A DNA stretch of 63,996 bases, filler included, from Craspedostauros australis (lineage: Eukaryota), in the NCBI GenBank assembly GCA_030167865.1. It is 14 parts of 14 records of this genome, joined end to end, with 100 filler letters (N's around TTAATTAATTAA, not from the genome) between each part and the next. Parts side by side here need not be neighbours in the genome. Positions count along the whole stretch, not along the records: positions 7,162 to 24,836 come from JALAGF010004190.1; 13 more parts are not named here. The stretch is one strand, 5' to 3'. Below are positions 10,906 through 21,559 of this stretch, piece by piece. Each line of letters opens with the position of its first letter. The first letter of the stretch is position 1. A program made the position numbers and the translations under genes. The notes beneath the pieces were generated by a model, which saw only the letters and a program-made list of their open reading frames with translations, made no database searches and was not told the DNA's origin.

Positions 10906-13900
10906 ATGGACATCTCCAACGATCCAGAGATCGAACGCCTGGGTGCCAACGCCACGGCCTTGTTCGCTCTCAAATTCTGGAACAAGATCGCGGAGGCCGC
11001 CCGCAAAGATGGCAAGCTGTTGGATCCGCTGTGGGGTGATTTCGCCGAACGATTCGGTGACGAGGAACCATCGCAGGACGGCGATGCGGTCGTCCCCGAC
11101 TGTCATTACACGAAGCACGTCGTTCTGACGGACAGCTCCAAGCAAGATCATCGGTTGTATTCGCGATTCCGTTCCAACTTTGGTGGTTTGATGGTCCAGA
11201 AGATTCCCGTCGTGGCACCGAGGTCCAGATCCGGCGGCGACGCCAATGATGATGACGATGAGCAGATCAACTTCGGTCCCAACCGGCACACCAGCGTGCT
11301 GGGCGGTGAGAAGTGGCAGACGCTGCTCATGGCGGCCGAAGGGCAGATTCCGGATTACAACTTCATGACGCTCTTGCGATCGGATGCCATGGACATGTTC
11401 TGGATGAACGAGTTGGATGTGTCGGACGGATTGCTCGTCGTTCCCAGAGCGCAGTTCCTCTACATCGAATTGGCCCGCATCAAGGAGGGACGGTACGGCA
11501 GCGATTTTCGCAAGGCACTGCAGCTCTTCGATGTGCTGACCCAGGTGGACACGCTGCGGGATGCCTTGAGCGATATTCAAGGCGAGACGCAGAACGATCG
11601 GTTGTTTGAGAGTGCGGTCGACGGGCTGTCCCTTTTGCAAACGCAATGGCCCAACCCCACCAACAACGTCCTCAAGCAGAGTGGTATCATCAAGCTCTTG
11701 AAGCGTGGCATGGCGCAATCGTTCAGTCCGGAGATTGCCGCGAAGAGCACGGACCTGCTGCATTTCTGGCAGGATTTGAAACAGCTGGCGAAGATCCCAA
11801 ACAGTCTGGGAGTGAAAGAAGGAGCACCTGCTGCGTCGACGGCCGCCATTCGCAGAGCTGGACGCTCGTTGATCCAGCAGGGCGCCACAGCTGGGAATGC
11901 AGATGCTGACATGGCAGGTGGTGATGACATCATTCCCACCTACACGCTGGACGAAGTCAAAGTCAGCCAGAATTGTGACAAGACGACATCTATGCATCTG
12001 TTTAAAACGACGGGCGTCATGCTCTTCGACGATCTCCTTTCGGAGGCACAATTGAAAGAATGTCAGCAGCAGGCGCATGCTGCGTTGGCATCGCTGAAGA
12101 CTGAGCAGCTCGAACCGCGCGGTCTCCAAGTCGATGGCATGGAGGAGTTTGATTTCGCCGAGGTCCGACAGCGTCCCGGCCATCGCGTGGACAACAGATA
12201 CAAGATCCTCGATGACCCCAAATCCCCGATCGGTGCCCTTGCTGCCGACCTCGTCAAGTCTTTGCCAACGTACTGGAAGGATGAAGGCTTCGAGGTGTGC
12301 TACGGCGGTGTCGTCCATTCCTTCCCGCGAGAGAATGAGGATGATGCCTTGCCGCCAGCCCAAATCTGGCACCGCGACGGTCCATCCATTCTGACGCATG
12401 ACCATGACACGCATTGCTTCAACGTATTCATCCCCCTCGTGGACGTCACGACGGCCAACGGCACGACGGAGCTGATCCCGGGCACGCACCGCGAGAAACC
12501 GTTCGAGGAGCTCGCCACGCAGGTCATCCCGCTCGCGCAACGTGATGCGTTGGCGCAGCACGCCAAGGCCGTCCGCGCCGATATGAAGGCCGGCAGCGTG
12601 CTCGTGTTCGATATTCGCGTGCTGCATCGCGGATTGTCCAACGCCTCCATGCAGGATCGGCCGATGCTGTACTTCACGTGCAGCAAGGATTGGTTCCACG
12701 AAAAGCACATGTTCTCGAACGAATCCCTGCGAGCGTCGCCGGAATTGATGGCTCATCAGCGGCTGCTTCAGCACACGTACAGGCTGATTGCCTCCGATTC
12801 CACAACGCCCGAATCGTCACTACCGCAATCAATCGAATTGGACTACACCAAGAACGTGGAATACGGCCATCCCCATTTCACAACGCGGTTTGATCTGCTG
12901 CTGCTCGAGGATCTCAAGTCCAACGATACAGAAACCAAATTGGCAGCGCTGCAAAACCTCGCGGCCGTGCTGGCATTCGCGCAGCTGGATTCGTCTGCAA
13001 AGATGACGACGTGCAAAGCCTTCGTGGAGTGCCTGAAGGACCCTGCAACCATCCAACGCAAACGAGATGCATTGGCGGAGGCACAGAATGCACGCCGCCA
13101 GGCCTACGCCGGGATCAATGAAGACTTCGCCAGCATATCGGAAGATATGAGCGACGTCTCGACGTTGTACAAGTTGACGGCGCAGATCGTGTTGGATGCG
13201 ATCCCGGCGCTTCAATTTTCGAAGGATCGCGACGGTCTTTGCGTTGTGTTGGCCATGTTGAAGGCATACGCTCGATCGCACGAGATGAGCGGCAGCAATG
13301 AAACTGCAACATCGTGGCAAGACTTGGAAGAGGCCTTCACGAGCTGGTGGCATGGCGGATACGACCGTTTTGCCTTGCGCCAGCCCGATGGAACTTTCCA
13401 AGGCATCGATCACGCGGCGACACCGCCATCCTGCCCGAACCTGCTGGTCGTGTTCAGCAGCTTGGGTTCCGGCATTGCCAAACCAGAATGGATCGGTTCG
13501 TTGCGATCCATCGCGAAGCAATACGAGAATACGTTGGACATTGTCCATGTGATGGATCCGGCATTCTCGTGGTACTGCCAAGATCCCAAGTGCGAGTGGC
13601 AGGGCGGTGAGTTCTACAGAAGCGAACTGCGCAAGATCGCCATGCCGTACCAACGCGTCATGTTCCTGGGCGACAGCATGGGCGCCGCCGCCGCGTTGCG
13701 ATTTGCCGATGTGATTGAGGATGGCAGCATCCTGGCCTTCACGCCGCAGGTGGACATCTCGGAGTACAGCGCCATTCGCCGCGCCGATATGGATGGCACC
13801 GTGCGCACGGCCTTTCGCGATGCATTGATCATGTCCGTGCAACAGAGCCGGGCATCGCCCATCACCGTACATTATGGCAAGGATTGCGAGGAGGATGTGG

Positions 13901-14040
13901 GGCATGTGAAGCTGCTGCCATCGAATGTGAATCTGGTGCAGCATGACTTTGATGATCACGTCCTGTCGTTGCATCTGCGCGATTTGGGGACGCTGACGCA
14001 GATGGTGGAGGATGCCATTTGCAAGTTCGTCGATTCGTAA
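10906..14040 (+). CDS. Multidomain protein: PBDC1/Chp1-like + TFIIS-N-like + PhyH-type Fe(II)/2OG dioxygenase + alpha/beta hydrolase
   Basis: 1044-aa uninterrupted ORF. GEKW..DYNFMTLLR..VPRAQFLYIELARIKEG (PBDC1). QIWHRDG..FIPLVD..NGTTELIPGTH..GSVLVFD..LHRG (PhyH). GDSMG nucleophile elbow and a C-terminal DDH (hydrolase). Confidence 0.8.
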   Translation: MDISNDPEIERLGANATALFALKFWNKIAEAARKDGKLLDPLWGDFAERFGDEEPSQDGDAVVPDCHYTKHVVLTDSSKQDHRLYSRFRSNFGGLMVQKIPVVAPRSRSGGDANDDDDEQINFGPNRHTSVLGGEKWQTLLMAAEGQIPDYNFMTLLRSDAMDMFWMNELDVSDGLLVVPRAQFLYIELARIKEGRYGSDFRKALQLFDVLTQVDTLRDALSDIQGETQNDRLFESAVDGLSLLQTQWPNPTNNVLKQSGIIKLLKRGMAQSFSPEIAAKSTDLLHFWQDLKQLAKIPNSLGVKEGAPAASTAAIRRAGRSLIQQGATAGNADADMAGGDDIIPTYTLDEVKVSQNCDKTTSMHLFKTTGVMLFDDLLSEAQLKECQQQAHAALASLKTEQLEPRGLQVDGMEEFDFAEVRQRPGHRVDNRYKILDDPKSPIGALAADLVKSLPTYWKDEGFEVCYGGVVHSFPRENEDDALPPAQIWHRDGPSILTHDHDTHCFNVFIPLVDVTTANGTTELIPGTHREKPFEELATQVIPLAQRDALAQHAKAVRADMKAGSVLVFDIRVLHRGLSNASMQDRPMLYFTCSKDWFHEKHMFSNESLRASPELMAHQRLLQHTYRLIASDSTTPESSLPQSIELDYTKNVEYGHPHFTTRFDLLLLEDLKSNDTETKLAALQNLAAVLAFAQLDSSAKMTTCKAFVECLKDPATIQRKRDALAEAQNARRQAYAGINEDFASISEDMSDVSTLYKLTAQIVLDAIPALQFSKDRDGLCVVLAMLKAYARSHEMSGSNETATSWQDLEEAFTSWWHGGYDRFALRQPDGTFQGIDHAATPPSCPNLLVVFSSLGSGIAKPEWIGSLRSIAKQYENTLDIVHVMDPAFSWYCQDPKCEWQGGEFYRSELRKIAMPYQRVMFLGDSMGAAAALRFADVIEDGSILAFTPQVDISEYSAIRRADMDGTVRTAFRDALIMSVQQSRASPITVHYGKDCEEDVGHVKLLPSNVNLVQHDFDDHVLSLHLRDLGTLTQMVEDAICKFVDS

Positions 14041-14606
14041 AGAGAGATGATGTATTATTATATAATACATTATATGATATGATATGATATGATATGGTTT
14101 TATACGAGTAAACAGACGACGATGCAGTGACATGACGATGCTGGTGTAAAGCCAAGCGATGCATGAGTGAAGGCACCAAGATAGCAGAGCAATCCAATTG
14201 TGGCTTGTGGGTGGGCAAGGATAATCTCATCAGGAGCAGGGCGATAGGCTTACGATCTATTGGTTTCATCCAAATCTTCCGATTGCAAACCACAGCAACA
14301 GTTCACCCTCCCTCTGTAGTCTTGTGATTGTATTGTATGCTTGCTATTCTATTGCATTGTATTTTATTGTATCGTACTGTATCGTATTGTATTGATAAGT
14401 TCTCTGTGCTCGTTTGCTTCTTGATACGTGTCTTTGACCATGTTTAGGTGGGGTAGGGCTTGACAAACCAAGGCCTGTTGCAATGCACACTTGGAGCATT
14501 CTTCTATTCCTCCACTCCACTCCACTCCAATCCAATCATCTATTCTGTTCGTTCCTCAACCACTGAATCTATCACACCTGTCTATCCGCAATATCTATCA
14601 ATCGTA

Positions 14607-15416
14607 TCAGTCTTGCTCTCGCGCCACCGCCGCATCGACCACCGCCATCTCCTGCGCCACTTGCCTAGACGCGCGCGCATTCATGGTATAGACTTGCGCC
14701 ACATAGGCATCATCGCGAAATCCTTCGACGCGCTGAAAGTGCTGCGCGCGCAGAACGGCCAGACGCGCCACATCCCGCGATTGCCGCGTATGCATGCGAT
14801 CATGCTTGCATTGCAACCCGCGCGTGCAAAAGTCGATGCCGTCGTCCAAGGCGTGGCCGCGTTGCATGAGCTGCAACGTGATGGCGATCATCTGGCGCAT
14901 GAGCTTGTACTCGCTGGCGTTCCACCATATGTCGTCGCGGTGCGGCATGTCCTCGCGGTGCGGCACAGCGATGGTGTCGACGTGGTCGTTGAATGAGACG
15001 CGCGGTCGGCGGTGTGCGGAGGTTGTTGTGGAGAGGGAGGAAGACGAGGAAGAGTACAGCGTCGTGCGCGCCGTGGTGGCCGTGGCAGACGACGATGCTG
15101 TTGACGATGCTGTCGACGCAAGCTCCGAAGTCAGAGGCGACTCCATGGAGCATGGCGAGCAAGTGCAGGCGCCATCTGCCTCATCTGGATGCTGCTGCTG
15201 CTGATCTTCGGACGGAGAGTCCATGTGACCTTCCATGACCTTGCGAGCAGACAACGACGTGACAGGCGTCGAAGCTGGTGACCCCGTGATGGCGGACGTC
15301 GCAGGCACTGGAGATGCAGCCGCAGCTGCAGCAGGGACAGCCGCAGCAGAGAGCAAGTCTGCGGCGTTGATTGGGTAATCAACTGTGGGAAAGTCGAAGG
15401 ATGACAAGGGAGCCAT
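14607..15416 (-). CDS. Hypothetical protein of an expanded diatom family (VSF..IWW..EY..RGL..VL..Q pattern) with a Ser/Thr-rich N-terminus
   Basis: 269-aa ATG-initiated ORF containing RVSFNDHV, DIWWNASEY, CTRGLQ and AVLRAQ, a pattern common among diatom hypothetical proteins. Confidence 0.65.
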   Translation of the reverse strand: MAPLSSFDFPTVDYPINAADLLSAAAVPAAAAAASPVPATSAITGSPASTPVTSLSARKVMEGHMDSPSEDQQQQHPDEADGACTCSPCSMESPLTSELASTASSTASSSATATTARTTLYSSSSSSLSTTTSAHRRPRVSFNDHVDTIAVPHREDMPHRDDIWWNASEYKLMRQMIAITLQLMQRGHALDDGIDFCTRGLQCKHDRMHTRQSRDVARLAVLRAQHFQRVEGFRDDAYVAQVYTMNARASRQVAQEMAVVDAAVAREQD

Positions 15417-16212
15417 GGTTCTGAGCTGGCTGCTGAGCGTATGCTATTGTGCTTTGCGAGTTGGCCTGAGTCTGCGTGTGAGCGTGATCGTGGAGCACTC
15501 TGTGGGATTTTATGGAGTCAGTTGCATCAACGTCAATGATGATGATGGTGGTGGTGATGGTGACAGCTGATTGCTTTCTTGCTCTGCCTCTTCCAATGTC
15601 GACTCTTGACTCTATCCAAAGTCAGTTGAAATGAGCTTTAGTCGTACCACACCACACCACACCACACCGCACCTCTCTCAGCTCGGATGCTTTGTTCGAT
15701 GGTCACGCAAACAGCGAACATCGCAACATCGCTCACGAAAGATTACATCCAGACGAAGTTACGATCTTGTTATGGTCTTGCTCGGGACAAACACAATTAA
15801 CCACGGTTGGACGTGCAATGACTGCACCACGAACCAATCTTATGCCTTTCACACTTGTCGCGATTGACACTGCGCACCAACTACGACTATCGCATTTATC
15901 CACGTGGAGCGGCATCGCATCGGACATACGACGACTCGCACCATGTCGCAGCGAGTGGACAAGTTTACCTCTTCTGTTCGTGTCGGTGTCCGCCCATTTA
16001 TCTCTCTGTAGTCCTGTTTTGTGTCTTATTGTGAGAATGCCAACCATCACGATGTCCCCAGTATACTGCGACTACTGCGTGGCTCCTCTTCTTCCGCGAA
16101 CTATTTGCACACCACAACCATAATCGTGACAACTGCCCTTCACGCAACAACGACCAAGACTTAAAGTACTGATCGTGATGATTGATATTTTCAATTTTTA
16201 TCCTTTCTCGTT

Positions 16213-19200
16213 CTACAGATCCCAAACGTCCACGGTGCCATCACCACTTCCATTGGCGCCATCGCCGGTATCCAACAGTTGGTTGGAAGATGTGGCGCTG
16301 GTCAGCGTGGGCTGGGAGATGCTGCGGTGGATGCCGCCATCGTCGTCATCGTCGGAGTCGTCCCAGTTACCGTCGGCGTTGGAGAAGAGGGCCAGGTCTT
16401 CCTCCAATGTCAGACCGGCTCTGGCGTCCGCGCCGCTGGCGCCTCCGTTGGCCTCATCCTCGTCGTCGTCATCTTTTCCCATGATGTGGCCTTCCGCGTT
16501 CTTGTTGGCCTTCTGCAGCTGCTTCTCAGCCGTTGCGAGCTGCGCCTTTTGCCGTGCCAGCACGTCCTTCAGCATCTCGGCGGCCGTCGTGCCACCGCGG
16601 ACTCGGCGCAGCTGTTCCGGATCGTAGCGTCCTCTGGGGATGCCTGGCTTCTCCATGTTGATGCCGTGGGCGTCGGCCCAGGCCAGCCACGGACCCCAAG
16701 TGTCGGGGTCGCCTCGTCTCAAAGTCTGATCATTGCCGATGACGACGAGCGCTCTGCGGGCACGCGTGAACGACACGTTGACACGACGCCAGTCGGACGT
16801 GAATCCGATGGCACCGTAGTCGTTGCTGCGCACGGCGGAAAAGACGACGGCCTCCTTCTCGCGTCCCTGGAATCCATCGACGGAGGCCACCTCGATGTAG
16901 GGCGGGCCGTTGTTCTGCGTGAGACGTCGGGTCATGCGACGGATCAATCGGGCCTGTGCGGAGTACGGTGTCACGACGGCGATGTCGGAAATGGCGCACT
17001 GACCGCCGCTCAGAAGCATGGCGACGACGTCGCAGGCCGCCTGCGCTTCGGCTTCGTTCAGCTTGCTCACTCCGTCGTCCATCTCCGTGCCCTTGACGGG
17101 CATGAAGGCGACGGGGAATTCCTCGCGCGGCCACGGGAATCCTGCCAGCGGACGACGCTCGGGTGCGCTGACACCGCTCAGCAGCTTGCCGCCGTAGAAC
17201 AGATCGGACGGGAACATGGCGATGGCGGGATGCATACGGTACTGCGTGTCCAACATGAAGGGCGGGACGCCGCACGCCACCATACGCGAGAAGAGGGGCA
17301 CGCCGTGTCCCTCCTCTTCGGCGCGCGTACTCAGCACCGTCGGGGGCAGCTGGCAGTGATCACCGACCAACACGAGCTGTCGGCAACCACGCATCAAGGG
17401 GACGAGGACGGCGGCTTCTGTGGCCTGCGTGGCCTCATCGATGAGGACGCGGTCGAACGTCATGGAGTCCAGGATGTCACCGCCGGAACCGATGCACGTG
17501 CAGCACACGATCTGTGCCTTCTTGAGCTGCTTGGCACGTTCCTTGTATCCCATGGCGCCGCCGCCGCCGTTGTAGCCTTGATCGGAGTAGGAGGAACTGG
17601 GCCTGTCGATGCAGTAGCGCAGGAGTTCGGGACGGATGGCTTCGGGACGACCCAAGCGCACGACACGCAGACCGGCCGCTGCGCATCCCTCGACGAGATT
17701 GTCGACGGCGATGTTGGAATCGGACGTGGCGAGGATGGGGGCCGGGTTCAATCCTCTGGCCATGGCGGACGATGAGAGACGGCCCCAGTGCTGCAGAATG
17801 CGAATGGCGACGGCCGTCTTACCGCTGCCTGGCGGACCTTGCACGAGGGTGAGGCGGTTGCTGGAGGCACCTTCGACGGCGAGACGCTGCGAGGCGTTGA
17901 GGCCGTTGAGGGAGTTGTATCGATCGAGGGCGTGCGCCGCCTCCGCGCGGATGGTGTCCTGATCGAGTCTATCCTCGCCGTTCTCGTCGTCGAAGGTCCA
18001 CGGGACGCCCTCGGCGCAGAGCGCGGCCGTGGAGGTCATCTCCCCCTTGGCCAGGCGTCTGCCACCGGGAGTCTGGTTCATGAATCGATCGATGTTCTCG
18101 TCCATGGCCGTGATGGCCTTGATGAGGAGGGGGCTGGGGCGCTTGGCATCCCTGGCCTTGGCGTGGCCCAATTCGTCGCGCGCGATGGGGCTGGAGATGG
18201 CGACGGCGGCCGATAGCTGTCGGTTGAAGCCCATGCGGTTGGCTAGCTTGTCGATGCGGTAGACGTTGCCTTCTACGTCTTCCGTGAGCATCTTGTGGAG
18301 GCGCGCGTTGCCCTTGTCCTGCAGACGCAGGACCATGGGGTTTGTGTTGCTGACGATGGCCTCGATCATGTTGCGGTCTAGACTTTCGGCGGACATGGGG
18401 TAGGGGCCGGCGTAGGGGAGGAGGGAGACGGCGTCACCGGCCTGGATGCCTCTGTTCTCCATGGAATCGGGCACGAAGATGCCCAGCTGCTCGCCGGGCA
18501 TGACGACGAGCTCGGTGGACTTCTTGCCGCGCTTGAGTCTTGCGTTGACGACGCAGACGGCAGAACGCACGAGGCGCTCGCAGGAGGCCGAGCAGATGCG
18601 GTCTCTGGCCGACATGACCTCCTCTAGGAATTCTAGCGAGATGCCGCGCACGATGCGCAGGAAGTAGGTGCGGCTGGTGGGCGAGTCGAACTCGGTGGCG
18701 ATGCAGAGGGCGTTGATCATGTCCGCCGCCGTGTAGGCGCTGCTGTTGCGCAGGTTCTGCGGCATGCAGGTGAGGATGCGCTCCGTCTGCGTGGCCGCGA
18801 GGGTGCCGGGCAGGGCGCAGTTGCGCAGGCAGTAGAGGGCGTCGTCGAACATGGCCGCCATGACGTATGCCTTCATGGCCGTCTCGAGGACGTTCGAGTC
18901 GAGGGCGTAGTTGTGGTTGTGCTTGTCGTGCAGGATCTCCCTCATGGTGTCTGGGTCGCTGTTCTCGATGCAGGCGCGGACGTCCTTGTTGAAGGCTCGG
19001 GCGGCCCTGCGGTTGGCCGCGTCGCTCTTGGAGAGGGCCTTGCCCTTCTTGTTGGACGACTTGTTTTTGGCGTGCTCCTTGCCGGTCATCTTGGTGACGC
19101 CCTTGTCCTGTTCGTCGAGCGAGGCGCTGGAGTCGTTGCGGCGCACGGCGACCAGGGTGGTGGCCGTGATGCTGACCTCCGTGGCCTTGAGTCCTGCGAT

Positions 19201-20328
19201 GGCGTCTGTGGTGGAGACCTCGTCGACCACCGGTGCTGGCTCCGGCTCATCGTCCTCCGCGGACTCCGATTGGTGCTGCTGCTTGTTCTTTCGGTTCTTC
19301 TTTCGGTTGTTCTGCCTCTTTTGCTTCTGACGAGGTTGCTTTTGGTTCTGTCCCTTGCCGTTCTGCTCCTGTTGCTCCTGTTGATTGTCGTCGCCGTTGT
19401 TGTGAGTGATATTGCTGTTGTGAGTGTTGTTATTGTTGCCAGTATTGTTATTGTTGCCATTGGCCTGCACAGCAAGCGACGGTTCCGGAGCATCCTCGGA
19501 GATGGTGGCCTCCTTCTTCTCATCATCAATGTTGTCAATGTCATCAAAGTCCTCCAATGCTGCGGCGGCCAGCCGCTCCGACAGCTGCTGCGCCTCTGCA
19601 TCGTGGTCTACGACTGCGACTGCGGCATCCGGCGGATGGGATTGTCTGGAGAGGATGATGGGAATGCCGTTGGCTTGCGACGTGCCATTGATGTTCATGT
19701 TGGAGGGAGGTGTGGGCAACGAGAGGATGGAGGGTGATACGAGCTGTGCGTTGTCACTCTTGTCACTGCTGTTGTTGTTGTGGTGGTTGGCATTGTCAGG
19801 TTCTGCGAGCGGGATCTCGTCCATGGATGGTCCATTGTTGACGGGAGCGCTGTATTTTTCCGAGTGGCGACCATTGTGGTTACCATTGCTGCGATGATTG
19901 CCATTGCTGTTGACATTGCCATTGCCACCGCTATGATGATGATTATCGCCATTGGCATGACCGTTGGTCTCCGCATCCTGGTCATCTCTGTCATTTCTGC
20001 GTCCCTTGCCGCGACCTCCTCTGCCACCGCGTCCTCTGCCATTGTTGCTGTTCCTGCCACGGCCTCCTCTGCCGCCACGACCGCCGCGTCCTCCCTTGTT
20101 GCTGTGTCTGCCACGACCGGACGACCGGCCTCTGCCACCACCTCTGCCAGATCGTCCTCCGCTGCTGCTTTCGATGCCATTCGGCGCGTCGCCATTCTGC
20201 TGCCGTGACGCATTGCGGCCGCCATTGCTGCGTCCTCGGCCACGTCCACCGCTGCGTCCTTTGTGGCCTCTGCCACGACCGCGGCCTCTTCCGCGGGCTG
20301 GTTTCGCAGCAGGAGCCGTTTCGCTCAT
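16213..20328 (-). CDS. UPF1/DNA2-NAM7-like SF1B helicase with an RGG- and Asn-rich disordered N-terminus
   Basis: Helicase motifs QGPPGSGKT, SNIAVDNL, IDEATQ, LVGDHCQLPP, QYRMHPAI, SVDGFQGREK and NVSFTRAR. No UPF1 CH zinc domain is visible. Confidence 0.9.
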   Translation of the reverse strand: MSETAPAAKPARGRGRGRGRGHKGRSGGRGRGRSNGGRNASRQQNGDAPNGIESSSGGRSGRGGGRGRSSGRGRHSNKGGRGGRGGRGGRGRNSNNGRGRGGRGGRGKGRRNDRDDQDAETNGHANGDNHHHSGGNGNVNSNGNHRSNGNHNGRHSEKYSAPVNNGPSMDEIPLAEPDNANHHNNNSSDKSDNAQLVSPSILSLPTPPSNMNINGTSQANGIPIILSRQSHPPDAAVAVVDHDAEAQQLSERLAAAALEDFDDIDNIDDEKKEATISEDAPEPSLAVQANGNNNNTGNNNNTHNSNITHNNGDDNQQEQQEQNGKGQNQKQPRQKQKRQNNRKKNRKNKQQHQSESAEDDEPEPAPVVDEVSTTDAIAGLKATEVSITATTLVAVRRNDSSASLDEQDKGVTKMTGKEHAKNKSSNKKGKALSKSDAANRRAARAFNKDVRACIENSDPDTMREILHDKHNHNYALDSNVLETAMKAYVMAAMFDDALYCLRNCALPGTLAATQTERILTCMPQNLRNSSAYTAADMINALCIATEFDSPTSRTYFLRIVRGISLEFLEEVMSARDRICSASCERLVRSAVCVVNARLKRGKKSTELVVMPGEQLGIFVPDSMENRGIQAGDAVSLLPYAGPYPMSAESLDRNMIEAIVSNTNPMVLRLQDKGNARLHKMLTEDVEGNVYRIDKLANRMGFNRQLSAAVAISSPIARDELGHAKARDAKRPSPLLIKAITAMDENIDRFMNQTPGGRRLAKGEMTSTAALCAEGVPWTFDDENGEDRLDQDTIRAEAAHALDRYNSLNGLNASQRLAVEGASSNRLTLVQGPPGSGKTAVAIRILQHWGRLSSSAMARGLNPAPILATSDSNIAVDNLVEGCAAAGLRVVRLGRPEAIRPELLRYCIDRPSSSYSDQGYNGGGGAMGYKERAKQLKKAQIVCCTCIGSGGDILDSMTFDRVLIDEATQATEAAVLVPLMRGCRQLVLVGDHCQLPPTVLSTRAEEEGHGVPLFSRMVACGVPPFMLDTQYRMHPAIAMFPSDLFYGGKLLSGVSAPERRPLAGFPWPREEFPVAFMPVKGTEMDDGVSKLNEAEAQAACDVVAMLLSGGQCAISDIAVVTPYSAQARLIRRMTRRLTQNNGPPYIEVASVDGFQGREKEAVVFSAVRSNDYGAIGFTSDWRRVNVSFTRARRALVVIGNDQTLRRGDPDTWGPWLAWADAHGINMEKPGIPRGRYDPEQLRRVRGGTTAAEMLKDVLARQKAQLATAEKQLQKANKNAEGHIMGKDDDDEDEANGGASGADARAGLTLEEDLALFSNADGNWDDSDDDDDGGIHRSISQPTLTSATSSNQLLDTGDGANGSGDGTVDVWDL

Positions 20329-21559
20329 TCTTCTTTCTTTGCCTGTGGCTGTTTGAGTGTTAGTGTGGATGTAGCGTTTGTATACGTGCCTTGCTCCTCA
20401 CTCTTGTGATTCCACTCTGCTCTACGCTGCTGATGAGTGCTTGTTGTAGTGATAGCTGATGTGCTTTGACCCTTGGCGTGGTTGGGTTGGGTTTGAGTTT
20501 TATGCCAATGTGACTCGTTGTCTTGCTGAGCTTGCTTCTGTTGATTGTGTTGCTTCTGTTGATTTGTGTTGGTTGACTGGAGCAATGCCAATCGTGTTGC
20601 TGAGCACTCGTGGCAAAGCTCTTGTTTCTCTTTCTCCTTGTGTTGTCTTGTTGAGTGTTGTCTTGTTGAGTGTTGTGCACAGGAGTGACGATCGACGAAC
20701 TAATACTCTAATCGGTTGGTTGGTTGGTTGGTTGGTCGGTCGGTCAGTCAGTCAAGTGGATGGATGGAGAGGATGGATCGTTGGATGGAATGAGATGAAC
20801 AAAGACGAAAGACTTTTCGTTCCCTCTTTTGCCTCCGAGGTTTGTTTGGTTTTTGCGCCTTCTTGCCCTCTCGCGCTTTCTCTCTTTGTTGCTTTGCTTC
20901 GTGGTGTTTCTTCCACGCTCTCTCGTACGACTACCTCGTCTCTGTGTGTGTGCGTCGCTTTTCCATCGTTTTCGTTTTTGGGTGGTGGTGACTCGTTCTT
21001 CTCCTCGCGCGTGACAAGAAGCAATGACACACACGCAGAAAGGCAAAAACCTCACACAGTCGTACTCAAAACACCGTGACGAGGCACGAATCTCAAACGT
21101 GGCCGGCTTTCGTCCACGAACGAGACATCTTCCGAGAACTAGTTGGTCATTTGTTCAAACGACTACATCGATTCCAACCGCAACGCAATTCTCCTTCCTC
21201 ATCTTTTTCATTCGACCAAGATTCTTGGAGCCGACGTCTCTCCATCCGACACCCAAGAGCAAGGGACGTGTTCTGGATTGGCACCTTGCAACTACAACAC
21301 AAACGCAAACGCAAATGCAACTGCGAGTGCCAGCGCGAGTGGAAATAGTCGTACCAGTAGGGCAAGGCATCCAATACGAGTGTTCCTCATCACCTCCTCT
21401 GCTCTATTCCCTTCTCCCTTCGCTTCACACCGTTCGTCATCCGATAGAGCACCGACAGTTGCCAAACACCTTCTCGCAATTGCTGTTGCAACACACTTCC
21501 AAAAGATCTTCCATTCCATCCATCCATCCATCCATCCATCCATCAATACAAGAGCCACA

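Noticed and set aside
10807..14133. Long antisense ORFs (655 aa and 434 aa; likewise 16279-17775, 49709-51106 and 29445-30746)
   Set aside because: They are shadow or alternate frames of GC-rich real genes and have no recognisable motifs.
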